Positions 7,387 to 18,009 of a DNA stretch of 64,000 bases are shown here, in pieces. The notes under the pieces were generated by a model. The model did not search any database. It was not told the origin of the DNA and saw only the letters and a program-made list of their open reading frames with translations. The stretch lies in IMG/VR virus record IMGVR_UViG_3300030098_003955, one strand, 5' to 3'. Positions within the stretch are counted from its first letter, which is position 1. Every line of letters starts with the position of its first letter. This stretch comes from a virus. A program made the translations under genes and the position numbers.

Positions 7387-9828
7387 ATGAGTTCAGATAT
7401 TAAAGTTAAGAAGAGAAATGGCAGGCTTGAAGATGTCAATCTCGACAAGATAAATAAGTGTGTTGAAAGAGCCTGCGAAGGGCTAGATTCTGTAAACCCA
7501 AGCGAAGTCGTGCTTGACGCAAGCCTTCAGCTATATAACAAGATAACAACGTCAGACATAGACAAAGCGCTGATTATGTCTGCTCGCTCAAAAATAGAGC
7601 AAGAGCCTAACTATAGCTACGTTGCCTCTAGACTTTTGCTCAACAGCCTCTACAAAGAAACATTCGGCAAGAGCGTTAACGGTGATTTCGATCCAGAGTA
7701 TAGAAGTCATTTCATTAAGACCATCAAGCATCTTGTAAAAACAGAGAAGCTTTCGGAAAGATTGCTTGAATACGATCTACAGCTTCTGGCCGACAAGCTT
7801 GTCCCAGAGCGAGACGATTTGTTTAAGTACCTTGGCATACAGACTCTTTACGATCGCTACTTCATTCATGAAGAAGGTAGAAGGATGGAGAACCCTCAAT
7901 CTTTCTACATGAGAGTTGCGATGGGTCTTTGCTTGGAAGAAGAGGACAAAGAAGAAAGAGCTGTTGAAATCTACAACATGATGTCTGAGTTTAGATACTC
8001 TCCATCTACTCCAACGCTTTTTAACAGTGGAACCATTCACTCACAGTTGTCGTCTTGCTATCTGAGTACTGTACATGACTCAATAGACGGTATCTTTGGG
8101 ACAATACACAACCAAGCAAGACTTTCTAAATACGCTGGCGGTCTTGGCGTGGACTGGACTCCAACACGATCTACAGGTTCTTATATTAAAGGAACTAATG
8201 GCCAGTCTTCAGGGCTTATACCTTGGCTTAAAATATTTAATGATACGCTTGTAGGTGTGAATCAAGGAGGTAAACGAAAAGGCGCAGGATGTGCCTACCT
8301 AGAAGTATGGCATCTCGATGTAGAAGACTTTCTAGACCTGAGAAAAAATACTGGAGATGATCGCAGGCGATGTCATGATATGAACACAGCCCTTTGGATT
8401 TGCGACGACTTCATGAAGGCCGCGCAGAAAGATAAAGATTGGTACTTATTTGACCCATCAGAGTTTCCACTACTGCACGAAACCTATGGAAACCAGTTTT
8501 CAAAAGAGTACAGAAAAGCCGTAAGGCTTGCTGAATCAGGGAGTGTTAAGAACTTTCGTGTAGTTTCTGCAAAAGACCTATGGAAAAAGATGCTCAAGTC
8601 GTTGTATGAAACAGGGCATCCTTGGGTAACTTTTAAAGATCCTTCCAACATCAGATACAGTAATAGGCATGAGGGCGTAGTTCATTCGTCAAACCTTTGT
8701 ACTGAGATATTGCTACACACCAAGCCTACAACTTATAAAGATGGCGAAGTCGAAGAAGTTGGAGAGACAGCGGTTTGCAACTTGGCTAGTATCAATCTAG
8801 AGAACCACGTTAAGGTTCGCTCGATTGACTGGAAAAAATTACAGCAAACAATAGAAGTAGCAGTCCGTGGTCTGGACAATGTTATTGACATAAATTTCTA
8901 CCCAACCAAAGAAGCCCAAAACTCAAACTTGAGAAACAGACCTGTTGGCCTCGGAGTAATGGGAACTCATGGCCTACTGCACAAACTCAAGATCAATTAC
9001 GATTCGCAAGAAGCAATTGATATGTGCAACAAAATTCAAGAGTTTGTTTCTTATCATGCAATATTAACCTCGTCCAAGCTAGCAAAGGAAAGAGGTCATT
9101 ATGAAAGCTATATGCACTCATCGTGGAGTTACAATAATCTGCCAATAGATACGTATTGTACACTCATGAACTCTAGAAAGAGTACTGACTCATATAAGCC
9201 AAAGGACTTCGAGACTCTTGAATGGGACAAGGTAAGAGACCATATAGCAGAGCATGGGATGAGAAATTCAAATGTGATGGCTATAGCTCCTACGGCTACC
9301 ATATCTTACATTCAGGGGTGCTCTCAATCTATTGAGCCAGACTATTCAGTGCTGTTCGTTTATTCGACCCTTAGCGGCGAGTTTACAATGATAAATGAGC
9401 ACTTTGTAGACATGGCTAAGAAGAAAGGCATTTGGTGCAAGGAACTTGTGGAAGCTCTTAAAGCCGCTGACGGAGATGTTATGGCTATAGACTTGCCAGA
9501 AGAAATACAGAACCAGTTCAAAACTGCGTTTGATGTCAGTGCGGAGGTGCTGATTGAAGCAGCTGCGGCTAGGCAGAGATGGATTGACATGGGACAATCT
9601 TTCAATCTTTACAACAAAGGTACTAGCCTTAAATATCTAAATGATATATACATGAAGTGTTATGAAGACGGTCTTAAGACTACCTACTACCTAAGAAGCA
9701 AGGCGGCAACTAGACTAGAAAAGTCTACAGTTAGCTCCACTAGTGAGGAGTCTCAAGAAGTGCCAGAAGACTTGAGTCAAGTTAAGGCTTGCTCTATTAA
9801 TGATCCAGATTGTGAGAGTTGTCAGTAA
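7387..9828 (+). CDS. nrdA: Ribonucleoside-diphosphate reductase alpha subunit with N-terminal ATP cone
   Basis: VKKRNG ATP cone, SPSTPTLFNSG, LSSCY, SNLCTE, VCNLAS, APTATIS, TTYYLR, C-terminal CESC. Confidence 0.97.
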   Translation: MSSDIKVKKRNGRLEDVNLDKINKCVERACEGLDSVNPSEVVLDASLQLYNKITTSDIDKALIMSARSKIEQEPNYSYVASRLLLNSLYKETFGKSVNGDFDPEYRSHFIKTIKHLVKTEKLSERLLEYDLQLLADKLVPERDDLFKYLGIQTLYDRYFIHEEGRRMENPQSFYMRVAMGLCLEEEDKEERAVEIYNMMSEFRYSPSTPTLFNSGTIHSQLSSCYLSTVHDSIDGIFGTIHNQARLSKYAGGLGVDWTPTRSTGSYIKGTNGQSSGLIPWLKIFNDTLVGVNQGGKRKGAGCAYLEVWHLDVEDFLDLRKNTGDDRRRCHDMNTALWICDDFMKAAQKDKDWYLFDPSEFPLLHETYGNQFSKEYRKAVRLAESGSVKNFRVVSAKDLWKKMLKSLYETGHPWVTFKDPSNIRYSNRHEGVVHSSNLCTEILLHTKPTTYKDGEVEEVGETAVCNLASINLENHVKVRSIDWKKLQQTIEVAVRGLDNVIDINFYPTKEAQNSNLRNRPVGLGVMGTHGLLHKLKINYDSQEAIDMCNKIQEFVSYHAILTSSKLAKERGHYESYMHSSWSYNNLPIDTYCTLMNSRKSTDSYKPKDFETLEWDKVRDHIAEHGMRNSNVMAIAPTATISYIQGCSQSIEPDYSVLFVYSTLSGEFTMINEHFVDMAKKKGIWCKELVEALKAADGDVMAIDLPEEIQNQFKTAFDVSAEVLIEAAAARQRWIDMGQSFNLYNKGTSLKYLNDIYMKCYEDGLKTTYYLRSKAATRLEKSTVSSTSEESQEVPEDLSQVKACSINDPDCESCQ

Positions 9829-10835
9829 TGAGTAAAAGTAAAGAAATAATTTCAGACAAGGTTGCTGTTGTAAATCAAATCCTCCCCCATACAAATAAAT
9901 GGGCATGGGATTTGTTCATCGACGGAGCCGCGAATAACTGGATGCCTACAGAAATATCTATGGCTAAAGACATAGAGCAGTGGAGATCTAGTTCTTTAAC
10001 AGAAGATGAGAAGCTGGTAGTTAAAAGATCATTAGGCTTCTTCGCTGGTTCGGAATCTCTCGTAGCTAACAATCTACTGCTAAGCATCTTCAAGTACGTC
10101 ACAGACGCAGAGTGCAGGCAGTACATTCTCAGACAGGCCTACGAAGAAAGCCTTCACAACCTGACTGTGGTTTACGTATGTGACTCACTGAACTTAGATA
10201 TAGATGAAGTCTACCAAGCATATAACTCGATCCCTAGCATCAAGTCTAAGGATGAGTTCCTGATGAACATCACCAGCGATATTAACAGACCAGACTTCAA
10301 CATCAATACGATTGAAGGCAAGAGAGAATTTCTGAGGAATATCATCACATATTATATAATCTGTGAAGGGATATTTTTCTTCTCTGGATTTGCTATGCTA
10401 CTTTCTTTCAACAGACAAAACAAACTGCCGGGAATTGGCGAGCAAATCCAATACACTCTTAGGGACGAAAGCCTACATATCAAATTTGGGACGACTCTTA
10501 TCAACAGACTAAGAGAAGACAATCCAAAGATTTGGACTAAGGCTATGGAAAAAGAAACGATCGAGCATATAGACACTGCTATGGAGCTTGAACTAGCTTA
10601 CGCTAGGGACGTTCTTCCAAACGGTATCTTAGGACTAAATGCAGACATGTTTATTGACTATGTTCAGTTCATAGCTGACAGAAGGCTTACAAACCTGAAT
10701 CTTCCATCACCATACGGCGATGCAAAAAATCCTTTTCCTTGGATGAGTGAAATCATTGACTTGGAAAAGTGTAAGAACTTCTTTGAAACTCGTGTCACTG
10801 AGTATTCTGTAGGGAACATAGAGGATGATTTTTAA
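9828..10835 (+). CDS. nrdB: Ribonucleotide reductase beta subunit, class Ic (Mn/Fe, R2c)-type
   Basis: GFFAGSESLV (Glu ligand), EESLHNLTV (no radical Tyr), EGIFF, RDESLH, NFFETRVTEY. Confidence 0.93.
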   Translation: MSKSKEIISDKVAVVNQILPHTNKWAWDLFIDGAANNWMPTEISMAKDIEQWRSSSLTEDEKLVVKRSLGFFAGSESLVANNLLLSIFKYVTDAECRQYILRQAYEESLHNLTVVYVCDSLNLDIDEVYQAYNSIPSIKSKDEFLMNITSDINRPDFNINTIEGKREFLRNIITYYIICEGIFFFSGFAMLLSFNRQNKLPGIGEQIQYTLRDESLHIKFGTTLINRLREDNPKIWTKAMEKETIEHIDTAMELELAYARDVLPNGILGLNADMFIDYVQFIADRRLTNLNLPSPYGDAKNPFPWMSEIIDLEKCKNFFETRVTEYSVGNIEDDF

Positions 10836-11266
10836 TGAGTAACTACAATTTTTTTGAAACCAAACTACTTCACGAATCAGCTAAACATCCAAGCAAAGGT
10901 CACATCAACGATGCTGGATGGGATTTATACTCCTCTGAAACGGTGAGCATACCCGCAGGAGCTACGGTGTTAGTATCAACTGGCGTAGCTATGGCCATCC
11001 CTAAAGGCTATGCAGGCTTAATCTGGGACAGGTCTTCTATGGGCGTAAAAGGCATTCATAGGCACGCAGGTGTTATAGACTCTGGATACAGAGGCGAAGT
11101 AAAAGTATGCTTACACAACACAACTCAGGAAACTTATCACGTAGAAAGAGGAGATAGAATAGCTCAACTCTTGATACAAGAGTGTCCTACGTTTATACAA
11201 CACGCAGTAAGCGAACTAGACTCTACGAGCAGAGGTGATGGAGGCTTTGGTTCTACAGGTAAATAA
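10835..11266 (+). CDS. dut: dUTPase (trimeric)
   Basis: AGWDL, DRSS, GVIDSGYRGE, RIAQL, RGDGGFGSTG. Confidence 0.97.
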   Translation: MSNYNFFETKLLHESAKHPSKGHINDAGWDLYSSETVSIPAGATVLVSTGVAMAIPKGYAGLIWDRSSMGVKGIHRHAGVIDSGYRGEVKVCLHNTTQETYHVERGDRIAQLLIQECPTFIQHAVSELDSTSRGDGGFGSTGK

Positions 11267-11935
11267 ATGACCAGAAGACGAAGCAAAAAAAAAGAAAACA
11301 GAACTTATTCATTTGTAACACTAGAGCCTAAATCGTATAACCAGAATCTTTACGTTAGCTCTATAGAAAAGAACGACATTACATTTTGTACTGGGCCATC
11401 TGGCACGGGTAAAAGCTTTATATGTGCTGGCGTATCTGCGAAAAAACTAGTCCAACAAGAAGTCAGACAAATAATTATTACAAGACCTCTTGTCGCTACA
11501 GGTAAAGAAATAGGTTCACTTCCCGGCGACGTCTCAGAAAAAATACTTCCTTACCTAAAACCTATGGAAGAAAACTTAAAATTCTTCTTAAAGGACTACT
11601 ATTCAGACTCTTTAAATTACGGTAGAATTAGATATGAGCCTCTAGAATTAATGAGAGGCGCTACCTTTCATGACTCAATCATGATACTTGACGAGGCTCA
11701 AAACTGCACCTCAGAGCAAATAAAGATGTTCATCACTAGAATGGGTGAAAATTCCAAGGTCATAATAAACGGTGATGTCATGCAAACAGACTTGAATAAA
11801 AAGTCTGGCTTAAACTACTGTATTAATAGGCTTAGAAACATCGACGGAGTTGGTATTATTAAATTTAATTATGAAGATATTCAAAGAAATGGTATCATAG
11901 GAAAAGTATTAGAGGCTTTAGAACGAGATGCCTGA
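11267..11935 (+). CDS. phoH: PhoH-like ATPase
   Basis: GPSGTGKS, ITRP, MRGATF, ILDEAQN, TRMG, GDVMQTD. Confidence 0.95.
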   Translation: MTRRRSKKKENRTYSFVTLEPKSYNQNLYVSSIEKNDITFCTGPSGTGKSFICAGVSAKKLVQQEVRQIIITRPLVATGKEIGSLPGDVSEKILPYLKPMEENLKFFLKDYYSDSLNYGRIRYEPLELMRGATFHDSIMILDEAQNCTSEQIKMFITRMGENSKVIINGDVMQTDLNKKSGLNYCINRLRNIDGVGIIKFNYEDIQRNGIIGKVLEALERDA

Positions 11936-12308
11936 CTACACGTTTGCTTGCGATGACTGCAACATAGGTTGGATTGTTTCTTGCGACAGATCTGAATACA
12001 CAAGCGATCAGGAATGTCCTAAGTGCAATGGAAAAAATACATATCGGGACTTTGCGGAAGATGAAGTCCATGCTCAGGTTTACAACGTGACCACGGTTGG
12101 ACAGCTGGCAGAAAGAAACTCAAAAAAGATTGGCAAGACAAAAGTCCAAGAAAAGGACGCCATCAACAAAGAGAAGTTCAAAGAACATATGGGCAAGGCC
12201 AAACCTACTGAGTCTTGGTGGAACAAGCAGGGAACTGCTAGCCGTTCTGAAATAAACAAGATGACACCTCAGCAACAAAAGAACTACATCATGAAGGGCA
12301 AAAAGTAA
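11928..12308 (+). CDS. FmdB-family zinc-ribbon protein
   Basis: MPDYTFACDDC...CPKC. Confidence 0.75.
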   Translation: MPDYTFACDDCNIGWIVSCDRSEYTSDQECPKCNGKNTYRDFAEDEVHAQVYNVTTVGQLAERNSKKIGKTKVQEKDAINKEKFKEHMGKAKPTESWWNKQGTASRSEINKMTPQQQKNYIMKGKK

Positions 12309-12559
12309 TGCACTATGATCGTAGAACCATAACGTGTGCTGACTGCGGAAAGAATCTAATCACATTAGTTGAGTATGCTGATGGAGATACCCCTGACAGG
12401 TCTCACCTCATAGTGCTGTGTGACATTGAAGGAGAGGCTAGCTGGAAAGTTAACATCATTGGAAAACCTTTTTATGCACCATGCGATGGACTTAAAATAG
12501 CCTCCGTAGACTACGATGAAAAAGAAAAACTAACCACCATACAGATGGGAAAAGCATAA
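12308..12559 (+). CDS. Small Cys-containing hypothetical protein
   Basis: CADC plus two further Cys; TAATG-coupled. Confidence 0.6.
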   Translation: MHYDRRTITCADCGKNLITLVEYADGDTPDRSHLIVLCDIEGEASWKVNIIGKPFYAPCDGLKIASVDYDEKEKLTTIQMGKA

Positions 12560-12879
12560 TGGATGCGGATGAGTTTATCCAAGAGGACACTTATGAAAGC
12601 TTCTACTTTAATGCAAAAGGCGAGGTTGGCGAATCATTAGAAACTAAAACAGTGTGCTACAGGACTAACAATGTAGAGAAAGGAAGCTCTGCATTTTTTA
12701 TCAAAGTCTACAATGGTTCTTTGTTTGACCCATTTGGTATGGATGCAAACAAGATAAATGCAGAAGGAATAAAGTTTAAGAAGGTTAAATTAGAAGTCTT
12801 CAACTTGTATCACAAGTATTTAATAAGAAGAGTATCTGGAGATTTCTACAAAGCACAGAGAGTATTTAACAATGCCTAG
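12559..12879 (+). CDS. Hypothetical protein
   Basis: Coupled ORF in the operon. Confidence 0.65.
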   Translation: MDADEFIQEDTYESFYFNAKGEVGESLETKTVCYRTNNVEKGSSAFFIKVYNGSLFDPFGMDANKINAEGIKFKKVKLEVFNLYHKYLIRRVSGDFYKAQRVFNNA

Positions 12880-13195
12880 AAAAACAGGAAAACTGAGCAA
12901 AGTAGAAGAGTTCTATATTGCGAACAATACACATCTTGGTCTGAAGCAAATAGCTGAGGACTTGAACAGAACGCAAGAAGCCATCAAAAGCGTTTACCAT
13001 GACAACGCAGAAGAAGAGCCTCAGAAAAAAGAAAAGTCTGTTGGAGATATCACAGACAAGTTTGCAAGGCGAGAAGGTAGAGGCGTTACAATGATGACCC
13101 CAACAGCATCCGACGCTGCCGATAGCTCTAGAAAGAGTAGGCTTAATAAAGGCAATAGATATAGCGATTCAATTCATATCATCAAACCGGAGTAG
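12872..13195 (+). CDS. Hypothetical protein with N-terminal HTH-like segment
   Basis: LKQIAEDLNRTQEAIKS. Confidence 0.55.
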   Translation: MPRKTGKLSKVEEFYIANNTHLGLKQIAEDLNRTQEAIKSVYHDNAEEEPQKKEKSVGDITDKFARREGRGVTMMTPTASDAADSSRKSRLNKGNRYSDSIHIIKPE

Positions 13196-13197
13196 TC

Positions 13198-13659
13198 ATG
13201 TCTTTTGTTTCTAAGTCCATTGACACATACGTAAATGTATACGGCGATAGTCATCCTATGTGGATCGCCAAACTTTCAAACGGCGAAACAATTTATCAAG
13301 ATGACGGTAGGCCAGAAGTAGAACCCGCAAGTGCTTGGTTAAGACTCAAGGACTATTGCGATCAAGAAAAAATTCATGTAAAATCTCTACTTCTCAAGAA
13401 CAAGTCCAATCAAATTGTAGCTGTTGAAGACGATGATAATGATGGAATCTTTTTGACGAAGGCGGCTGGAGCATTTTTATTTGGCGATGAGACATTGCAA
13501 TTTTTTAACGTTGGGGTTATAAAAGACGGCAAAGCTTATCTGACAAAGTGGAAGATGCCAGATATGACGAAAGATGTGCAAGAACAGAGAGAGCCAAAGG
13601 ATTACGTAGAAGTTTCTATTTTAAGGGCAGGCAACTTTGGAAAAGAATTACAAACATAA
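13198..13659 (+). CDS. Hypothetical protein
   Basis: Coupled ORF. Confidence 0.65.
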   Translation: MSFVSKSIDTYVNVYGDSHPMWIAKLSNGETIYQDDGRPEVEPASAWLRLKDYCDQEKIHVKSLLLKNKSNQIVAVEDDDNDGIFLTKAAGAFLFGDETLQFFNVGVIKDGKAYLTKWKMPDMTKDVQEQREPKDYVEVSILRAGNFGKELQT

Positions 13660-14074
13660 GATAAATGGAAAGCCATGCAATGCGGCTCAGTACATTGCAG
13701 AGATGGTATGTTTAAGAAAAGCTGAGAAAGAAAGAACTGGCCGACAAGGTGACGACTTTTGGAATACTCCAAAATGGAAGAAAGAGTTCCAAAGTCAGGT
13801 CACGAAAGCTTACGGCCTTCTAAAAAAATATAGCGACAAAGCTATAATTGCGGCATTGAATTCTTATGCTGGGAAGAGTATATTCTCTCTCAGGGTAAAG
13901 AGTCTCGACAAGCTTATTAAGAAAGAACAGTTCAAGCTAGATAAGCAGGCTGAAAAACCAGTGAAGCCCGTAGAGGTTGAAGACAATACGTCCTCAAAAC
14001 CAAGAAAGCCGTTTGGCAACAAGTCACAACTATCGCTACTAAGAGGTTTAGAAAATGGCAAAGAAGAAGACTAA
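13637..14074 (+). CDS. Basic hypothetical protein
   Basis: TTG start; overlaps both neighbours. Confidence 0.6.
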   Translation: MEKNYKHKINGKPCNAAQYIAEMVCLRKAEKERTGRQGDDFWNTPKWKKEFQSQVTKAYGLLKKYSDKAIIAALNSYAGKSIFSLRVKSLDKLIKKEQFKLDKQAEKPVKPVEVEDNTSSKPRKPFGNKSQLSLLRGLENGKEED

Positions 14075-15164
14075 AGCAGACATTGCATTTAGCAGCGAAG
14101 CTGTAGTAGGCGTGCTACAAAAGAAATACGGTAAAGACTATGGAAACATAGTTAAGTCAGGCAATGAGGTATTTGACGATCTCAAAGACCTTGCCTCGAT
14201 ACCAGTCAGCCCTTCTTTGGATCTGATCCTTGGCGGCGGCTTTAGAGAAGGTAGTTGGGTTCAACTAATCGGCGAGCCTAAGTGTGGAAAAACAACAACC
14301 GCACTACAATTTGCATCTAACGCACAGAAGGAAGAGCATGGAGGAAGACATATATACTACGTGGATGTTGAAGGCCGTATGAGCCTCAAAAACATCGAAG
14401 GTATTAATGGGCTTAACCTTGACAAGATTTCTAGAATAAGTGCAGAAAACGGCATTATGTGTGCCGAGGACTATCTTGATATCATCATACAACTAATCAA
14501 AGACCATCCTCAGTGCGTAATTATTCTAGACTCGGTATCTTCACTGATCGCAAGTCGCGACCTTGAAAAGAAGGTAGATGGAGCTTATAGGCCCGGACTT
14601 CCTAGAATACTTTCCGACTTTACTAAGAAGCTCACAACGATTGTTCCAAAGCAGAAAGTAACTGTGATATTAATCACTCACTATATTGCAGACCTTTCAA
14701 ATAGCCGAAGGACAAAGACTGCTGATGGCGGTATAAAAATCCAATATCAAGCAGACACTTCTATGGAAGTTAAGTACGTCCAAGGATGGGAAGAAAAGAG
14801 CAAGCAGATTGGGCAACTGATTCACTGGAACCTCAAGACCTCAGCTCTAGGTGGATTTCCCGGATCGTCCGCTGTTGGATATTTGAGATATGGATTTGGG
14901 TTGGATCACATTCAAGAGCTTTTCAACATGGCAAATGAAGTTGATTTGATATCAGCCGCTGGTGCTTGGTACACTTTTGAATACTTGTTCGATCATGTTG
15001 AAGAGATCAGAGCTTCGCTTGAAGAAAAGGGTTACGACTTATCCGATGATAAGATAAGCTCTACCCTCAAGTTTCAAGGAGCTGGAGCTTGTAGGGAGTT
15101 CATGGTTCAAAATCCAATCGTGGTTGACATACTAAGAAAAGAACTGACTTTCGATGAAAGTTAG
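14055..15164 (+). CDS. recA: RecA/UvsX recombinase
   Basis: SLDLILGGG, Walker A GEPKCGKTT, YVDVE, IILDSVSSL, GAWY. Confidence 0.93.
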   Translation: MAKKKTKADIAFSSEAVVGVLQKKYGKDYGNIVKSGNEVFDDLKDLASIPVSPSLDLILGGGFREGSWVQLIGEPKCGKTTTALQFASNAQKEEHGGRHIYYVDVEGRMSLKNIEGINGLNLDKISRISAENGIMCAEDYLDIIIQLIKDHPQCVIILDSVSSLIASRDLEKKVDGAYRPGLPRILSDFTKKLTTIVPKQKVTVILITHYIADLSNSRRTKTADGGIKIQYQADTSMEVKYVQGWEEKSKQIGQLIHWNLKTSALGGFPGSSAVGYLRYGFGLDHIQELFNMANEVDLISAAGAWYTFEYLFDHVEEIRASLEEKGYDLSDDKISSTLKFQGAGACREFMVQNPIVVDILRKELTFDES

Positions 15165-15582
15165 AGGCTTTGATGGTAGGGACAGGAACTGGAGGCTTGA
15201 TAAGTACAAGGTCTACGGCGACGATAGTAAGAGAAGATCTTCTTATCATATAAGGGCAAGAGGTATCTTGTGCTCACTGTTACCTCACGATAGAATACTT
15301 GAGGAAGTTAAACTTCCCGGATCTAACAAACTATCGAGAGGCCTGCTAATAGCCGATTTTTACGTGCCAAGCAGGATGCTGATGGTTGAGGTTCATGGTA
15401 GGCAGCACTATGAATATGTATCTCATTTTCATGGTAATAGGTTTGAGTTTCTCAGGGCAAAGGCGAGAGACAGAGACAAAGTAAAATGGTGCGAACTGAA
15501 CGAGATAAATATTGTGGAGTTGAAATACGATGAATCAGACCAACAATGGGAAGACAGAATTAGATCAGTATTACAACTATGA
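15154..15582 (+). CDS. Vsr/DUF559-like endonuclease
   Basis: IADFY...VEVHGRQH...RDRDK. Confidence 0.7.
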   Translation: MKVRGFDGRDRNWRLDKYKVYGDDSKRRSSYHIRARGILCSLLPHDRILEEVKLPGSNKLSRGLLIADFYVPSRMLMVEVHGRQHYEYVSHFHGNRFEFLRAKARDRDKVKWCELNEINIVELKYDESDQQWEDRIRSVLQL

Positions 15583-16027
15583 ACCAATTGAAGAATTAAT
15601 TACCAAGCTGGACAATTACCTTTTGTCAGAAGGTGTTGTGGTTAATGAAAAGAATGAAGAGGCTGAGGAGACGCTAAAGCTCGGATATGAAAAAATATTA
15701 CTACTCTCTCCAAAAGAATGTTTGGCTAAAGCGTATGTACTGTTTTCCTACTGCAACCACCTCCAGCTCATTTACAACAAACATAAAATCAGGCTCGACT
15801 GGTGTGACGACGTTCTCAATAGAACTGTCAGCAGACAGGCAGACCAGTTCGACAAGTATACAAAATGGGAACAAAAGTATCACTTAGTTATAGCTCAGGA
15901 CGCTTTTGCCGAGAAGGTTTGGAACGTCAGGAGATTAGCAAACTCAAGGGTTGTCTGGTTCGACAACCTAATAAGAGATACAAGAAGAATGGCAGATACC
16001 CTTTTAGAACTAGGTAAAAAATTATGA
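15530..16027 (+). CDS. Helical protein, possible UvsY-like recombination mediator
   Basis: All-helical 165 aa protein near recA; function inferred from context only. Confidence 0.4.
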   Translation: MNQTNNGKTELDQYYNYEPIEELITKLDNYLLSEGVVVNEKNEEAEETLKLGYEKILLLSPKECLAKAYVLFSYCNHLQLIYNKHKIRLDWCDDVLNRTVSRQADQFDKYTKWEQKYHLVIAQDAFAEKVWNVRRLANSRVVWFDNLIRDTRRMADTLLELGKKL

Positions 16028-16518
16028 ATTTGATACAAGGCCTATCGCTGATTAAGGAAGGAATACTTTCAGATGATATTGAAAAAATTAAAGCAGGTTA
16101 TGAACTACTTTCGGGAGAAAGGTTGCCAGAAGAAGTGCGAGAAGATGGGCCAGCAGATGTCGAAGATGACACCTCCGCTGCCTCCAGTCCCGCCACTACC
16201 ACCGCTGCCGAAAAAGAAGTGTTGCGGAGGCAGGTGCAAGATGAAGACTTCTCAACAAACCACAACAAAAACAAATCAGTAGGTGGAAAGTACGGAAGAA
16301 GAGAATCAATTCAGGTTAGAGAGAACCAGTTTGTTGACGATGGAACAGAGGCTAAAGACAAGGCGAATATAACTCCCGATGTCGATCCCGTTCCTAGAAA
16401 TAGAAAGCCAGCTAAGTTTATTAACTTGGAGTGTCATGCTTGCGGTAAGTCTTTTGAGGTAAGCGCAAGTATAGCAAGAGCTGGGGAGTATTATAGATGT
16501 GATAGGTGTGTAGGTTAA
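16024..16518 (+). CDS. Hypothetical protein with C-terminal zinc ribbon
   Basis: CHAC...CDRC. Confidence 0.65.
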   Translation: MNLIQGLSLIKEGILSDDIEKIKAGYELLSGERLPEEVREDGPADVEDDTSAASSPATTTAAEKEVLRRQVQDEDFSTNHNKNKSVGGKYGRRESIQVRENQFVDDGTEAKDKANITPDVDPVPRNRKPAKFINLECHACGKSFEVSASIARAGEYYRCDRCVG

Positions 16519-16521
16519 TTC

Positions 16522-18009
16522 ATGGAAGAACAACAAAATTTAGCTTCAGAGAGAGCCGTACTTGCTGGCTTAATGCAGTACGGGGCAGATGCTTTTGACG
16601 AGATCGAAGAGATAGTCGGAAACGACTCATTTACACTTGAAGAAAATCAAGTAGTGTTTGCTTGTATTAAGAGATGCTTAAAGAACGATCAAGAGGTTGA
16701 TATAACTTCAATCTTGAGCGCTGGCGAAAGTCTTGGTTACTCAGAGTACCTGACTAGAAAAATACCAGAGAATCACTACAGGTCTCTCGCAAACTTGGAC
16801 ATTAGTATTAAGGCAACACAAGACCACGCCCTACTTCTGAGGAAGCTCTGCATCAGACGACGAGCTGTTAGGGATTTACTAAGAACGGTTGAGAGGCTAC
16901 AAAACTTAGATGACTCAACTTCAATAGACAACGTAATCTCGACCGCTGAAGAACCAATATTCACATTGTCGGACTCTTTGAATCAGGAGATGGACAACAA
17001 GCCAGTGCTTTTAGGAGAGGGCGTAAGAGAACACATGAAGAATGTATTCGACAATCCATGTAAACAAATCGGCATCAGTAGTGGCTTTCCAAGATACGAC
17101 AAAGCAATCGGCGGAGGCTTCAGAAGAAAATGCGTAGATGTCATAGGCGCTAGGCCAAAGACTGGTAAAAGCATGTTTGCAGACGCTGTAGCAATACACG
17201 CAGCCGTCGAACTAGACATCCCAGTCCTAATACTCGACACAGAAATGTCTGAACAAGACCACTGGCACAGGATACTTGCTAGATTTAGTGGCTATGACAT
17301 AAACGACATCGCTACTGGCAATGCCGCCGAACAAGCTGGCGGCAGAGAAAGTGTACTCAAGGCAATAGATAAATTTGAGAAATCCAAAATACACTACAAA
17401 AGTGTGGCTGGCAGACCCTTCGATGAGACCCTTTCTATTATAAGAAGATGGGTCAAGAAAGAAGTTGGTTCTGATGAAAATGGAAATACTAATGACTGTC
17501 TTGTAATTTACGACTACTTGAAGATAATGAGTGCTTCTGAAACTGCTGATAGGCAGGAGTATGAGGTACTTGGCCAGCAGATGATTGACTTGCACAATCT
17601 AGCAAAGAATAATGACTTTGCTTGTCTTACGTTTGTTCAACTGAATAGAGATGGGATAAGCAGGGAATCTACGGATGCTGTAGCTGGCTCCGATAGAATT
17701 ATTTGGAACTGTACTAGCTTCTCAATATTCAAGCTGAAATCTGATGAAGAGATAGCTGAAGACAAAGGTGAAAGCGGTAATCGGAAATTAATTCCAATTG
17801 TTGTTAGGCACGGAGCAGGACTCGAAAACATAGGTGATTATATTAACCTAAAGATGAAGGGTTCTACTGCCGAAATTGAAGAAACAGGCACCAAGGTCGA
17901 GCTCCAAGAGCTTGGTAGGTTTAAGAAAGAGGGTTTTGACAATGAGGTTCCAGACAAACAAGAGTTTAGACTCGATGAATCAGAAGCAGAAGAAGACCCG
18001 TTCGCCTAA
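16522..18009 (+). CDS. dnaB: Replicative DNA helicase
   Basis: ERAVLAGL, GISSGF, GARPKTGKS, DTEMS, YDYLK, QLNR. Confidence 0.95.
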   Translation: MEEQQNLASERAVLAGLMQYGADAFDEIEEIVGNDSFTLEENQVVFACIKRCLKNDQEVDITSILSAGESLGYSEYLTRKIPENHYRSLANLDISIKATQDHALLLRKLCIRRRAVRDLLRTVERLQNLDDSTSIDNVISTAEEPIFTLSDSLNQEMDNKPVLLGEGVREHMKNVFDNPCKQIGISSGFPRYDKAIGGGFRRKCVDVIGARPKTGKSMFADAVAIHAAVELDIPVLILDTEMSEQDHWHRILARFSGYDINDIATGNAAEQAGGRESVLKAIDKFEKSKIHYKSVAGRPFDETLSIIRRWVKKEVGSDENGNTNDCLVIYDYLKIMSASETADRQEYEVLGQQMIDLHNLAKNNDFACLTFVQLNRDGISRESTDAVAGSDRIIWNCTSFSIFKLKSDEEIAEDKGESGNRKLIPIVVRHGAGLENIGDYINLKMKGSTAEIEETGTKVELQELGRFKKEGFDNEVPDKQEFRLDESEAEEDPFA

